Assembly (NCBI GenBank): GCA_964248365.1
Contig: CAXTYC010000010.1
Location: 32,001 to 96,000 of the forward strand
Length of the DNA stretch: 64,000 bases
Source of the DNA: an uncultured Chroococcidiopsis sp.
Lineage (GTDB): Bacteria; Cyanobacteriota; Cyanobacteriia; Cyanobacteriales; Chroococcidiopsidaceae
Reading direction: 5' to 3'
Positions within the stretch are counted from its first letter, which is position 1. Every line of letters starts with the position of its first letter. Positions 38,677 through 50,900 of this stretch are shown here, piece by piece. Under the pieces are notes generated by a model. That model made no database searches and was not told where the DNA came from. It was given only the letters and a program-made list of their open reading frames with translations. The position numbers and the translations under genes were made by a program.

Positions 38677-39822
38677 TAGTAGTACGCTTTCAACTTCTAC
38701 ATCATCCTCATTGAAGATAATCGTCTCAAATCTAAATCTATAGCCAGACCATCTGATAGTAGGTAGTCTATCTACTGCGTCCTGTAAGTATTTTATTATG
38801 TTGTAAGTTTTTGGATCAGGATTTTTCTGCCCCTGCTCTACCCACCAATAAACATTGTGCCTAACAAAGTGCTTCCCATTTCCATTAGTACATACCTCTA
38901 TTTCCACACCGTCTACAAACAAAAACTGACGAGACATTTCTCTAGCTTCGCCTTCTGGCATTGGTTCTAATTCCTCCCAAGGTTCGACTTCAATAAAATC
39001 TTTATGCTTTTGCTGCTGATGTTTGACTGTAAGCTCTATCGCAATAGGATCATCTTCTAATGCACCTAGACTTGAAGCGTCTTCCTTTAGCTCTGGTGTA
39101 TTCTCTATAATTGTTTCTAGCTGCTTGCGACTAAAAGCCATCAGCTCTACACCTGCTACCGTCCGACGAGTCGCATCATGCATAAAATCGACTAATCCCT
39201 GAATCGGAGCTAGGTCTATTCTTATACCGTTGTACTCGGTTTCCCAATACCCAAATTTACCTAGAGATTTAGGATCTGTGTGGTATTGTTTCCACTTCAA
39301 AGAGCTAGCTTTTTTATTGATGTTTCTTAATGCACTGCGTATGCTACCTGATACACCGCGCTTGCCATACACGGGGTAAACTAAATATATTGTCGGCGGT
39401 TCTTCTTCAGCAATTGGGTTAAACCCAAATACCATAACATTCAACTTGGTTAGCTGTTGAAGGCTTTGTTGTAAAGCTATTTCAACTGAAGTTATTTTTC
39501 TAACTGGTACTACTACTTTTGACCAATTCAGCGGCGGCTTGTATAATTTTATAAACTGATCTTCGAGATTTGAGAGAGTATTGATATCATTACTACAAGT
39601 TATCCAGCTAATACTAACGCGGTCTTTTCGATTAAACCTTTTTAGCTGGTTAAATCTGTGGTGCTGTCTCCAACGCTCAACTAAGTTGACTGTTCTACCA
39701 ATATAAAGAACATGACCTTTACTGTCAGATACAAAGTAAATGGCTGCACAATTGGGGAGATTATTTCTGTCTAATAAATAAACTGATGGCAAGTCAGACA
39801 ATTTGATGTTTTCTAATAACAT
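38662..39822 (-). CDS. GIY-YIG nuclease-domain protein; C-terminus truncated by the MITE
   Basis: AIYFV...LYIGRTVNLVERWRQHHR...E..FIKLYKPPLN; stop codon supplied by the MITE. Confidence 0.8.
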   Translation of the reverse strand: MLLENIKLSDLPSVYLLDRNNLPNCAAIYFVSDSKGHVLYIGRTVNLVERWRQHHRFNQLKRFNRKDRVSISWITCSNDINTLSNLEDQFIKLYKPPLNWSKVVVPVRKITSVEIALQQSLQQLTKLNVMVFGFNPIAEEEPPTIYLVYPVYGKRGVSGSIRSALRNINKKASSLKWKQYHTDPKSLGKFGYWETEYNGIRIDLAPIQGLVDFMHDATRRTVAGVELMAFSRKQLETIIENTPELKEDASSLGALEDDPIAIELTVKHQQQKHKDFIEVEPWEELEPMPEGEAREMSRQFLFVDGVEIEVCTNGNGKHFVRHNVYWWVEQGQKNPDPKTYNIIKYLQDAVDRLPTIRWSGYRFRFETIIFNEDDVEVESVLLSTKS

Positions 39823-39936
39823 CAGTGCATTAAGTTTATGTTATTTCTTGGTAGCTCAAGAGAAAGATGAGTACAACAAAACACGTAGCTAATAATTTGT
39901 GCTGAGAAATAGTAGCTAACCGCTAATTGCTAACTG

Positions 39937-40443
39937 CTAACTGCTAACTGCTAATAATTGATCGATATCTAGTAGAAATATCGTCATCGCTGTTTCCATT
40001 GTTGGAATTACAGCCACATGAGTAGCGAAACCAAATATATCAGCATTGCGGTAGGAATCTGGCAAAACTCGAATGCAGGATAATGCTATTTCCATTAAAG
40101 TGGGAACGGAGCCAACTGGAATGCCATAAAGTTCGCTTTGTCGATTTTTAACAATCATCAAGTAACTGTTTTTAGATGCATCTTTGATACTGCTAGATTG
40201 GAATAATCGTTTATGCAAATCAACAACAGTCACCTCACGATCGCCCACATGAGCAATTCCTACCCCATGTAGCCCACTACCATAAACGGTAGTTTTTGGC
40301 AATACTTTAGCAATATTGTGAATGGGCAAAGCTAACTTAATATCGCCCATTTCAAACATAATTACTTTAAGGGAATTTACCGCCTCTTGGTTATTAGCCT
40401 GCCTAGAAGCATTTGCTTTTGTTTTAATTAAGGCACTTTTCAT
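39937..40443 (-). CDS. cheW: CheW-like adaptor (second copy)
   Basis: VIMFEMG..KLALPI, GIAHVGDREVTVVDL and LYGIPV; follows cheA. Confidence 0.85.
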   Translation of the reverse strand: MKSALIKTKANASRQANNQEAVNSLKVIMFEMGDIKLALPIHNIAKVLPKTTVYGSGLHGVGIAHVGDREVTVVDLHKRLFQSSSIKDASKNSYLMIVKNRQSELYGIPVGSVPTLMEIALSCIRVLPDSYRNADIFGFATHVAVIPTMETAMTIFLLDIDQLLAVSS

Positions 40444-40505
40444 AATTTTTTATCCTTTGTCATTTGTCAACAACTAATTACCAATTACCAATTACCAATT
40501 ACCAA

Positions 40506-43500
40506 TTAGCGTGAAAGAGATACCTGACCTCTGGTGGGAGCATCCTGGGTTAAGATATTTTTGATCGCTGCCAAAAATTCTTGTTCAATATAAGGCTTGG
40601 TAAAGTAGTGTTTAGCGCCCAAATGCATTGCTAGCTGACGATGTTTCTCACTGCTGCGCGAGGTGAGCATTACAGTGGGAATTTTTGACATTTGCGGGTC
40701 AGTACGACGATGGCTAAGAAACTCAAAGCCGTTCATGTTCGGCATTTCTACATCAGAAATTATTAATTGAATGTTGGGATTTTTCTGCAATTGATTAATT
40801 GCTTCCCGACCATCTCGTGCTTGCAAAACTTTGTAGTCTGCTTTTTGCAGAGTGAGAACTAAAGTTTGCCGTACAGTGATCGAATCATCCACAACTAGAA
40901 CGGTGGACACATTGATTGACGCGGGTAACGCAGCTGGGATAGTGTAATCGCCCTCCTCTGCTAAATCAGCAATTGGTAAACTAGGCACAGAACCTACTCC
41001 AGTTAAAGTCTTAGTTTCGCCGAAGAAGGCGTTAAGTAACCCAGCAGCATCAATTACTGGGATTAGACAACCATCGCCCAAAATAGTACAGCCGTAAACA
41101 TAGCTAGGAGGCGCGATCGCAGCCCCAAAAGGTTTAATTACCAATTCTTGCTCAGTCACTAAACGATCAATTTCTAAAGCAAGCATTTGATCCTCTTGTT
41201 CCAGTAACAATATCGGGGCTGCCCAGTCATCAGGGGTAGGAACTGCACTCAAAACTTGGCTGGGCGGAGTTTCTGGCAGAGGGCAGGCATAATTGAGTAA
41301 TTGGGACAAGTGAAAGGTAGGTATAATGTGTCCTTGCCAGTGCAAAAACCGCTTACCAGCAGACTGCTTGATTTGATCGGGTTGAGGAATCAAAATTTCT
41401 ACAATGCTGTCAGAAGGAAAGGCAAAAGCACTAGAGCCGACAAAGCAAACCAGTAACTTAGCAATCGATAAAGTCAGGGGAATGCGTAAAGTAAATACAG
41501 TGCCTTCTCCTGGTTCAGAAGTGATGGTAACGCTACCCTTAAGCGATCGCAATTGATCGCGCACTACATCTAGTCCCACTCCCCGTCCAGACAGTTGACT
41601 AACTTGACTTGCTGTAGAAAATCCAGGCTCAAATAGAAATTCGAGTAGGCGCGACGGTTCGGCGGTGTCTGCTTGTTCAGGTGTCAATAGTCCCATCTTT
41701 ACAGCCTTAGCGCTAATACGCTCCAGGTTGACACCTCGACCATTATCTCGCACCTCAATGATCGTTTGACTGCCCTGGTGATAGGCACAAATTTCAATTA
41801 TGCCTTGCTCTGATTTGCCTTGTTTAAGACGATCTTCCGGCGTTTCAATTCCATGATCGAAGGCATTACGGACTAAATGCACCAAAGGATCGTTGAGCTT
41901 TTCCAATACTGCCTTATCTACTAAAACCCCCGTACCACTGAGTTTAAGTTCAACTTGCTTTTGATACGACATAGACAAGTCGCGCAACATTCGTGGAAAG
42001 CGGTTAAGAATTTCACTCAAAGGCAGCATTCTTGCCCACATCAAGTCATCTCGCAAGTGACCAAGCATTTGGCGTTGTCTTTCTAGTGTCTGACTTGACT
42101 GTCCGGCGAGTAAGACAACGTCAACTACGGTTTCTTCGAGTTGCGCCATTTCTTCCAAGGTTGTTTGTACTATGGAGTGTAATTCTCCATAGCTATCCAT
42201 TTCCAGGGAGTCAAAGTTAGTTTGACCCCATGCGATCGCTTCTGTAGGTGAGCTTGATACTACATTGTAGATATTCTGTTCTGTTTGACTGTTTGTTGGC
42301 GCTAATTGGCGATGTTTATAGCTTTCTGGATTTACTACTATTTGATCGGAAAATTCACGCAACATTTGACCAATTTGCTGAAATTTGCCAAATTTACGCA
42401 ATAACTCCTGAATAAATGCTTGTAACTGTTCGTTTTGCAGGGCAAGGCTATTGCGGTTAATTGCCAATTCGCCGATCAAATTATTCATCCGTTCTAGCCG
42501 TTCTAAGTCAACTCGGACGGAAAGCCCAGCGGTAGAAGTCTTAGGAGCCGAACTAGCTTCGGGTTTTGAACTTGTGGTGTTCGTTTTATTATTAGTTGGA
42601 GCAGAGACTAGGTCAGCCTTGGGTTGCACACTAGGCAAATGAGGAATTGCAGGAACTATAGCAGACTTAGAATCAGCTGGAGTAGTAATATCGTTTATGG
42701 GCGGTAAGTTATTAAATACCTGCTCGATTGATTGAAATGCTGAGGAATTATTTTGGCTATTATTTGGTGATAAGGAAGAATCGGCTGGAGTAGCTGAACC
42801 AGGATTTGCAGCTGTAGGCTCGTGGGAGAAGTTAAAGCTGCCAAAGACATCATCTAAAGAAGGAATAGAGCTAATTGCTTCATCATTAATCGGAGCAGCA
42901 GAGGTATTCGGCTCGGTTGAAACTGATTCTATTACCTGGGCGTTAAGTATTTGTGGCTCCAGATCTGAAAAGACATTAGCTAGATCTAGCGGTACTGTTG
43001 TCGCTGGCTGGGGTGCGATCGCACTCGTTAGAAACGTGCTAGGATCATTATCACTAATTGGCTGGGTCGAACTAAAGACACCAAAAATATCATCTAGCGA
43101 GGGAAGAGTAGAAGCTTCGGCAGTAACAGAATTATCGTTTGGTGGTTCTGTAAATGTGGGTAATTCATCAAATGTTCCTAAAGAGCCAAAGACATCGTCT
43201 AGGGATGTGAGAACATTAGCTTCCAGTCTTGGTGTTGATGCTATTGCTAATTGTGCAAGATCGGTCGAGGTAGTACCGCCACTTGTGCGATCCCCAGCCA
43301 TCACAGCTTGTCTACCAGCCTCAAAATCAGCTAAAGCTAGTTGTGTAATTTGCAAAGCTTGCTCTGGATGAGCCTCAAGTGCTGCTAAGGCTGACTGCGC
43401 GATCGCGCCAAATCCAGGCAAGTTCAACATCTCAGCGATGCCAGTAAAAACCTCTACTTGCGCCCGCAATTCTCCGGCTATTTCCTTGCCTTGTGGCTGG

Positions 43501-44021
43501 GCTAAAACAGCTTCAAGCCGTTTTAGTCCCTGAGCGACATCTACCTCAAAGATAGACAATGCAATATCTACCCCCAAGTCAATTGAGCTAGGAAGGGAAT
43601 CCGCCCCCTTGAGAAATTCTCCGATTTGGGCTTCTATCTGAGCAAACACAGGTTCTGCTGCTGTCATTGCCCGATCTGTATCGAATTGACCAGTATCGAT
43701 CTGCTCCATCAAAGGGATACGGAGACAGTCGTAAGCTGCCAGCAACAAGCCTTCTACCGAGTCATCAATTTCGAGTTCTTCGTTATGAAGCCCCTTAAAA
43801 ATATCTTCTAGGCTGTGAGCTAGAGTTTTAATCGTTTCTAGCCCAACACTAGCTGCTCCTCCCTTAATTGAGTGGGCAGCTCGCATCATGTTATGAACTT
43901 TGGCTGTACTGCGCTCTGTTTTTAGCGTCAGTAACTCTTCTTCAATTAGCTGTAGTAGCTCTGGGGCTTCTTGGATGAAGAACTGATAAGCTTGGTCGCG
44001 TATATCAGAGTCAATTGCCAT
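40506..44021 (-). CDS. cheA: Hybrid CheA (Hpt, dimerisation, HATPase, CheW, REC), PixL/PtxE-like
   Basis: RAAHSIKG, HLVRNAFDHGIE, SGRGVGLDVV and C-terminal REC SDVEMP. Confidence 0.95.
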   Translation of the reverse strand: MAIDSDIRDQAYQFFIQEAPELLQLIEEELLTLKTERSTAKVHNMMRAAHSIKGGAASVGLETIKTLAHSLEDIFKGLHNEELEIDDSVEGLLLAAYDCLRIPLMEQIDTGQFDTDRAMTAAEPVFAQIEAQIGEFLKGADSLPSSIDLGVDIALSIFEVDVAQGLKRLEAVLAQPQGKEIAGELRAQVEVFTGIAEMLNLPGFGAIAQSALAALEAHPEQALQITQLALADFEAGRQAVMAGDRTSGGTTSTDLAQLAIASTPRLEANVLTSLDDVFGSLGTFDELPTFTEPPNDNSVTAEASTLPSLDDIFGVFSSTQPISDNDPSTFLTSAIAPQPATTVPLDLANVFSDLEPQILNAQVIESVSTEPNTSAAPINDEAISSIPSLDDVFGSFNFSHEPTAANPGSATPADSSLSPNNSQNNSSAFQSIEQVFNNLPPINDITTPADSKSAIVPAIPHLPSVQPKADLVSAPTNNKTNTTSSKPEASSAPKTSTAGLSVRVDLERLERMNNLIGELAINRNSLALQNEQLQAFIQELLRKFGKFQQIGQMLREFSDQIVVNPESYKHRQLAPTNSQTEQNIYNVVSSSPTEAIAWGQTNFDSLEMDSYGELHSIVQTTLEEMAQLEETVVDVVLLAGQSSQTLERQRQMLGHLRDDLMWARMLPLSEILNRFPRMLRDLSMSYQKQVELKLSGTGVLVDKAVLEKLNDPLVHLVRNAFDHGIETPEDRLKQGKSEQGIIEICAYHQGSQTIIEVRDNGRGVNLERISAKAVKMGLLTPEQADTAEPSRLLEFLFEPGFSTASQVSQLSGRGVGLDVVRDQLRSLKGSVTITSEPGEGTVFTLRIPLTLSIAKLLVCFVGSSAFAFPSDSIVEILIPQPDQIKQSAGKRFLHWQGHIIPTFHLSQLLNYACPLPETPPSQVLSAVPTPDDWAAPILLLEQEDQMLALEIDRLVTEQELVIKPFGAAIAPPSYVYGCTILGDGCLIPVIDAAGLLNAFFGETKTLTGVGSVPSLPIADLAEEGDYTIPAALPASINVSTVLVVDDSITVRQTLVLTLQKADYKVLQARDGREAINQLQKNPNIQLIISDVEMPNMNGFEFLSHRRTDPQMSKIPTVMLTSRSSEKHRQLAMHLGAKHYFTKPYIEQEFLAAIKNILTQDAPTRGQVSLSR

Positions 44022-44238
44022 ATTTGTAGAAAGGGAGTAGTTCGTTTTGGAGTAGGGAGCAGAGGGGCAGGGGGGCAGGGGGGACTCCGAGTCCCCGGTT
44101 CCGAAGGAACTGGGGATAGGGGGGCTTCGGGGTCATTCGCGTAGTGGGGTTGGGGGGAAGAGGGGAAATTAACTTTTCCCTTTACCCTTTTCCCTTTTCC
44201 CTTCCTCTAGCCTCTAGCCCCTAACCCCTAGCGCTTAA

Positions 44239-47200
44239 CTAATTAACTTTGAATTGACTAGCACTAGTTTGCAGTTCTTGCGCCAGTGCTAGCAGTTCCT
44301 TAAATGAGGCTGAAACGATTGTTGCATCGTTTGAGGTTTGACTAGCACTTGCTGCTACATCAGTCATAGCAACAGTCACAACTTGTGAAACTTGTGATTG
44401 CGCTGCTGCTGCTTGGCCGATCGCTGCCACTGATTCACTAATTTGTTGGCTAACAAAGGTAATTTTATTCAGATTCTGACGAGTCTCATCTACTAATTTT
44501 GTTCCAACAACTACTTGCTCTTTACCAGCTTCCATCGCTGCCACCACTTCGTTGGTTTCTTTTTGAATGTTTGCGATCAAATTTTCGATTTCTGCTGTTG
44601 CTTCGGCTGATTGACGGGCAAGAGTTCGCACTTCGTCGGCTAATACAGCAAATCCTCGCCCTTCATCCCCAGCACGAGCTGCTTCAATCGAAGCTTTCAA
44701 TGCTAGCAAGTTGGTTTGAGCTGCAAATCTGCCGATCAAGCTCACCACTTTAGAAATCTTTTGTGAAGATTCACCCAATTGCTTGACTTTTTTCGATGTT
44801 TCTGTTATACTTTCCCGAATTGCCATAATTCCATCAACGGTGCGGTTCATTGCCGCATCCCCAGCTGCTACTGTCGTAGTTGCCTCCTGGACGGCTGCTT
44901 CTGCTATGGCAGCACTTTGCGTCACTGCGCGAATCGAAAGAGACATTTCTTGAATTCGATCTAGTGTTGATGCAATTTCTTCGGCTTGCCGTAGTGCTTC
45001 AATAGACAGTTCTTGTACTGCACCTTCGTTGCTGGTGGTGGTGGATGTGACTTGTTGTGCCGCTGCTTGCACTTGGCTGACAATATTGCGTAAGTTGTTA
45101 ATCGTGGCGTTGTAGGAGTCAGCGATCGTACCAATTTCATCTTCAGTCACGCTGGCACGGATAGTAAGGTCGCCTTTATTAACAGGGTCAACTTCCATCA
45201 GCAATTCCAAGGCGCGACGCTGGAGTAGTTCTTTGGCACTCTTTTGCTGTTCGAGTAGGTGGAAGCGATCTAAAGCAAGTCCCACTTGCGTGGCAAGCTG
45301 GGCAAATAAATCAATTTCTGCCTGTTGCCATGCTCTTGGTGCAGAACACTGATGGGCGATCAATAAGCCTAGTAGCTTTCCTGCTTGCAAAATTGGTGCT
45401 ACTAAATTGGCTTTAACCTCAAATGGTTCAAGTTGTTTGATGTGACACGGGGTTAGACCTGCTTTGTAAATATTCTCAGTAGCCCCGATGCGACCTGCGC
45501 GATACTTTTCTACATATCTATCAGCAAAACAGGGATCGGCAATTTTGGCTCCTAAAGCGCGAGGGAAACCACTGGCAACAGATTCAGCAATTACAGTGCC
45601 TTGCCAATTTTCATCAAAGCTGTAAACGACGACGCGATCGCTATTAATTGCTTTTCGGATTTGGGAGACAGCAGTATCAAAAATTTCTTTGGGTTGTGCT
45701 GTTTGCGCCAGATGTACAGTAATATCTTTAATCATCTGTGCGCGCTTGGCTTCTGTTTGCTGCTGTTCTAGTAAGCTCTCTCGGTCTAAAATCAGTCCCA
45801 GTTGACTTGCTAACTGTCGCAGAAAATCGATTTCTGACTGCTGCCACTCATGGGGTGCATTGCAGTGATGGGCAATTAGCAAACCATAAAGTTGGTCGTT
45901 TTTTACAATTGGTGTTACCAAATTGGCTTTGATTTGCAGTCGTTCCATTAACTTTTGATGCTCAGGGTGGAAACCCGCACTCATCACATTATTTGTAGGA
46001 ACGACACGACCTTTTCTGTATGCTTGTATGAGATCATCTCCAATACAAGAGTCTTCAATTTTGTCATTCAGAGCGCTCCGCCAACCAGGTAGCACAGATT
46101 CATTGGCAATGTAGCCGCTCCAGTCTAGGTTGAAGCGATAGATGACTACTCGCTCTACCTTTAGGAGTTCTCTAGCTCCTGTAAGTGCTTTGTTGAAAAC
46201 AGATTCCAAGCCTTGAGAGTCATTTGTACCGGAATTGCCAATATCAGCAAAGAATCTAGCTCGTTCTGCTTCGAGTTGACGGGCTTCCAGGTTAGCCTCA
46301 ATATTAGCCGCCATCTGATTCAATTCTTGGGAAAGAATGCCAATTTCGTCATGACTGTGGGTGGTTTCTAGTCTAATACCTTCTTCTCCGACTCCGACAG
46401 CTTGAGCAAAACTAGCTAAACGTTTCAATGGGCGAGAAAATGAGCCAGCAATTGGAATACCAACTAGACCAACCAACAGCAATATACCTCCCCCAATGCC
46501 ATAAGCTGTGAGTTGCTGATTTCTTAAGCTAGTATCTACTTCCTTGAGAGACTGACCGATATAGGCTATGCCTACAGGCTTTGCTTGGTCAGGATTGAGT
46601 TCCTTTTGATGGTCATACAAGGGGCTATAGAATGTTAGATACGGCTGACCTATAATATTTGTTTGACCGCTAAACTCTTGCCCCTGATTGAGGACTTTCT
46701 CTGCTACCTCTCTGGCAACCCGCGTTCCCACCGCCCTAGTTTTACCGTCTGTGTAGGGAACATTCGTAGCTACCCGCCAGTCGTGAGCAAATACAGTCGC
46801 ACTAGGTAGTTTGTAATTTTGCGAAAATTTGTCCACTAAGACGTAGTTGCGGTTTTGCACTGCCCCTACGATGACAGTTCCCACTAGCTTATTGTTGATT
46901 TTGATTGGATAAACAGCCATAGCGACCAAGCCTACTTTTCCTCGGTCAGTGTCGTAAGTTCCTTCGGGGAAGGGTTGCTTGGATTGAGGTAAGTCCTTAG
47001 TAGGTTGTGGTCGCAAACCGATATCTGCCTGTTTCTCTAACCCTAAACGTTGGAGTGATTCTTTTTTCAGCAACTCCATACCAGCTAAAGGGCGTTGAGT
47101 TTTTAATGTGTCTTTCACAATTGGAATATCTGCTAAGTTAATCCCTACTGGTAAAGATACTGGGCGATATTTTGGCTCGGTTAATTCTTGGTTATTCTCG

Positions 47201-47781
47201 GCTGGTAGAGGTGGATTACTAGAAAAATCCTCTGCCAGAATTTGAATATCCTGAGCAACTGTTCTACCCTGAGCATCAGTGAAAATTTGAAAGTTTTTGT
47301 TGCTCTGAGGCTCTCCACCATTTTGGATTGCGAGGAAATTTTGTAAAAAGGCACGACGGGCAGATACTTCACTAGGATTACTCAAATCGATTTTAGTAAC
47401 TTCTATTAGCTTAGCCAGGTTCTTTGCTTGTGATTGATTTTCTACTTGTGTCCCAAGAACATACTCTTTTTTAAAGGCTGTCCCGTCCTTTTGTAGAGAT
47501 TCTTTTAATGTTTTCAACTGATAGTCTTTATTAAGAGTAACTAACCCTTGGGTAACAGCAATCGTAGGCAGGGCAGCACTAATCATTAAAATAAGAGTGA
47601 GTTTAGTACGAAAGTTTAGGTGATTCCAAGGTTGAGTCAGGGACTGTAAAAAAGAAGAAGGCTTACTGGGTTTTTGTTGTGGTGGTAACTTTGATTCTGG
47701 TAATTTTGGATCTGAATTTGATACTTGGATAGGTTTTTTGATCGGATAATCTAACATGGCGGTTACTCTAAAACTTTTCAC
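44239..47781 (-). CDS. PixJ-like MCP 2: Cache_3-type periplasmic domain, HAMP, two cyanobacteriochrome GAFs, MCP domain (ATG at 47757 likely)
   Basis: [17 protein letters not shown] Cache motif; GAF1 DSCI/HPEH, GAF2 [24 protein letters not shown]. Confidence 0.92.
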   Translation of the reverse strand: MKSFRVTAMLDYPIKKPIQVSNSDPKLPESKLPPQQKPSKPSSFLQSLTQPWNHLNFRTKLTLILMISAALPTIAVTQGLVTLNKDYQLKTLKESLQKDGTAFKKEYVLGTQVENQSQAKNLAKLIEVTKIDLSNPSEVSARRAFLQNFLAIQNGGEPQSNKNFQIFTDAQGRTVAQDIQILAEDFSSNPPLPAENNQELTEPKYRPVSLPVGINLADIPIVKDTLKTQRPLAGMELLKKESLQRLGLEKQADIGLRPQPTKDLPQSKQPFPEGTYDTDRGKVGLVAMAVYPIKINNKLVGTVIVGAVQNRNYVLVDKFSQNYKLPSATVFAHDWRVATNVPYTDGKTRAVGTRVAREVAEKVLNQGQEFSGQTNIIGQPYLTFYSPLYDHQKELNPDQAKPVGIAYIGQSLKEVDTSLRNQQLTAYGIGGGILLLVGLVGIPIAGSFSRPLKRLASFAQAVGVGEEGIRLETTHSHDEIGILSQELNQMAANIEANLEARQLEAERARFFADIGNSGTNDSQGLESVFNKALTGARELLKVERVVIYRFNLDWSGYIANESVLPGWRSALNDKIEDSCIGDDLIQAYRKGRVVPTNNVMSAGFHPEHQKLMERLQIKANLVTPIVKNDQLYGLLIAHHCNAPHEWQQSEIDFLRQLASQLGLILDRESLLEQQQTEAKRAQMIKDITVHLAQTAQPKEIFDTAVSQIRKAINSDRVVVYSFDENWQGTVIAESVASGFPRALGAKIADPCFADRYVEKYRAGRIGATENIYKAGLTPCHIKQLEPFEVKANLVAPILQAGKLLGLLIAHQCSAPRAWQQAEIDLFAQLATQVGLALDRFHLLEQQKSAKELLQRRALELLMEVDPVNKGDLTIRASVTEDEIGTIADSYNATINNLRNIVSQVQAAAQQVTSTTTSNEGAVQELSIEALRQAEEIASTLDRIQEMSLSIRAVTQSAAIAEAAVQEATTTVAAGDAAMNRTVDGIMAIRESITETSKKVKQLGESSQKISKVVSLIGRFAAQTNLLALKASIEAARAGDEGRGFAVLADEVRTLARQSAEATAEIENLIANIQKETNEVVAAMEAGKEQVVVGTKLVDETRQNLNKITFVSQQISESVAAIGQAAAAQSQVSQVVTVAMTDVAASASQTSNDATIVSASFKELLALAQELQTSASQFKVN

Positions 47782-47966
47782 TTCAAAGCGGGAACTTGTC
47801 TTGTAGGGGCTGGGGGCTAGGGGCTAGGGACTAGGGGAGGACAAGGGGACAAGGGGACAAGGGGGAGATGGACAAGATAAAGAATTCACTATTGTGACTA
47901 CTGACTACTGACTACTGACTCCTTTTCCCTTTTCCCTTCTAACCTTTAGCCCCTAGCCTCTAACCC

Positions 47967-50900
47967 CTAACTAACTTTGAATTGACTGGCGCTAGTTTGC
48001 AGTTCTTGCGCCAGTGCTAGCAGTTCCTTAAATGAGGCTGAAACGACTGTCGCTTCGTTGGAAGTTTGATTTGCGATCGCCGCTACATCAGTCATCGTAG
48101 TCGTCACCATCTGTGAAGCTTGCGATTGTGCACTCGCCGCCGTTGCGATCGCACCTACTAATTCACTAATCTGTTGACTGACTGAGGTAATTTTGAGCAA
48201 ATTCTGGCGCGTTTCATGCACTAGTACGGTTCCCGTCACCACCTGTTCTGTACCAGCTTCCATCGCCGCTACTACTTCGTTGGTTTCTTGTTGAATATCC
48301 TTCACTAGACTTTCAATTTCGGCTGTAGCTTCTGCTGATTGACGGGCTAGTGTTCGCACTTCGTCAGCAACGACAGCAAAACCGCGTCCTTGTTCTCCAG
48401 CATGAGCAGCTTCAATCGAAGCATTCAGCGCTAGCAAGTTGGTTTGGTCGGCAAATGTACCAATCAGGTTCACCACTTTGGAAATCTTTTGCGAAGATTC
48501 GCCCAAACGCTTGACTTTTTTCGATGTTTCTGCTACTGTTTTGCGAATTGCCATCATTCCATCTACAGTGCGGTTCATGGCTGCATCCCCTGCTGCTACT
48601 GTTTGCGTAGCTTCTTGTACCGCGGCTTCTGCTTGCTGGGCGCTTTGGGTTACTGCGCGAATCGAATTCGACATTTCTTGAATTTGATCTAAGGCGGCTC
48701 TAATTTCTTCGGTTTGCCGCAGTGCTTCTTTAGAAAGTTCTTGGACTGCACCTTCGCTGCTAGTGGTGGTTGATGCTACTTGTTTTGCCGCTGCTTGCAC
48801 TTGGGTAACAATTTTCCGCAAACTGTTAATTGTGGCGTTGTAAGAGTCTGCGATCGTACCAATTTCATCTTCTGTCACATTGGCACGGATGGTGAGGTCG
48901 CCTCTACTAATTGGGTCAACTTCCATCAGCAGTTCTAAAGCGCGGCGTTGGAGTATTTCTTTAGCACTCTTTTGCTGTTCCAGCAGCATGGCGCGCTCAA
49001 GGGCAAGTCCCACTTGTGTCGCCACCTGGGAAAACATATTAATGTCCTCTTGCAGCCAAGTCCTTGGTGCATTACACTGATGGGCAATCAATAAGCCCAA
49101 AAGTTTCCCGTTGCGCATAATCGGGGCGACTAAGTTTGCTTTAACCGCAAATTGTTCGAGTTGGGCAATGTGACAATCAGTTAAACCAGCATCATAGATG
49201 TTTTCGGTAGCTTGGACACGACCTTGAGTATATTTTTCTACATACCTATCGGCAAAACAGGGGTCATCAATTTGCGCTCCCAGTGCTTTGGGAAAACCAC
49301 TGGCAACGGATTCAGCAATTACTGTACCTTTCCACTTGTCATTGAAACCATAAACGACGACGCGATCGCTTTTAATCGCCCCGCGAATTTCAGCAACAGC
49401 AGTATCTAAAATTTCTTGTGCCTGAATACCTTGCGCTAGTTTGAGGGTGATATCTTTAATTTGTGAGGCACGTTCAGCGGTAGCTTGTTTTTGTTCTAAG
49501 AAAGATAAGCGGTTTAAGATAATACCCAGCAAAGCTGCCAGCTGGGTGAGAAAGTTAATTTCCCCTTGCTGCCACTCATGAGTTTCTGCACAATGATGGG
49601 CAATTAGCAAGCCAAATAATTGGTTATTTTTGAGAATTGGTGTTACCAAATTGGCTTTGATTTGCAGTCGTTCCATCAAGTTTTGGTGTTCAGGGTGAAA
49701 ACCCGCACTCATCACGTTGTTGGTGGGAACGACACGACCTTTTCTATAAGCTTCTATCAGGTGTTTACTAATACAAGGATCGTTGATTTTGTCATTCAGA
49801 GCGCTCCGCCAACTAGGTAGCACAGATTCAGCCGCGATGTAGCCACTCCAGTCAGGGTTGAAGCGATATACGACTACTCGATCTGCTTTGAGGAGTTCTC
49901 TAGCTCCTCGTACTGCCTTATTGAAAACAGACTCTAGTTCTTGAGATTGCTGATCCTTTGCTGAAGCGATAGCAGAAAGGAAGTTTGCCTGTTCAGTTTG
50001 GAGTGCTTGGCTGCTGACGAGGTTCTGCAACTGAATTGCCATCTGGTTAATGTTTGACCCCAGAATTGCCAGTTCGTCTTTACCTGCTACAGCAATGCGG
50101 GTATCAAGTTCGCCTTGACCTAATTTTTCCACCGCATCAGCAGCAGCTAGGATGGGACGAGTGGCTCGGTTTGCTAGGTAAGCAGCTACAGCACTTACTA
50201 CTAATGCTGCTATTCCAGTTCCAATTGCCAAAGTCAGCAGCAGTTGTCTCTGTGGTTCAAATACAACGAGTGTGTCTGCGCTAAGAATTACATCCCAGTT
50301 TAGATCTGGTAAACCTTCTAGTTTTTCAAAAGGCGCGAAGGTTATTAACTGTTGATGATTGCTACTTTTTTCTATTCCTATTACCGAATCTACCTTATTT
50401 CCTTGTTCCAGTTGCTCAAAATTGGGTAAATGTTTCTTAGCTTCTTTACCTATGTCATCTTTTTCCGTAGCTGCTAAAACTTTCTTAGACTCGTCGATCA
50501 GATAGTATTGGTTGTCATTGGTCTTGAACGATCGTAGTAGCTGTTCAAAGGCTTTTATAGGCATACGCGCTCGCGCTATGGCAATCGTTTTACCAGTAAT
50601 AGGATCTTTAACAGGTGCGGCGAAGAAAATGCAGACATCTTTTGTCAGTACTGAAACTTCTTCGGTAATTACAGGACGACCAGTTTTAAGCACTTGCGAA
50701 AAATAATTTTGCTCTTTAAGTTTGCCATTGGGAATAGGCTTCCCTTGGGACTGAGCAATTACGTTGCCATCGAGATCGAGAACGGCAATGCTTTCATAGA
50801 CACTGTAAGCTTGTATAACGCGGTCTAGGATTGCTTGTTTTTCCTGAACGGATGTTATCGCCGCTAATTTAGGATCGCGGAACACTGAGTAGTTAGCCAC

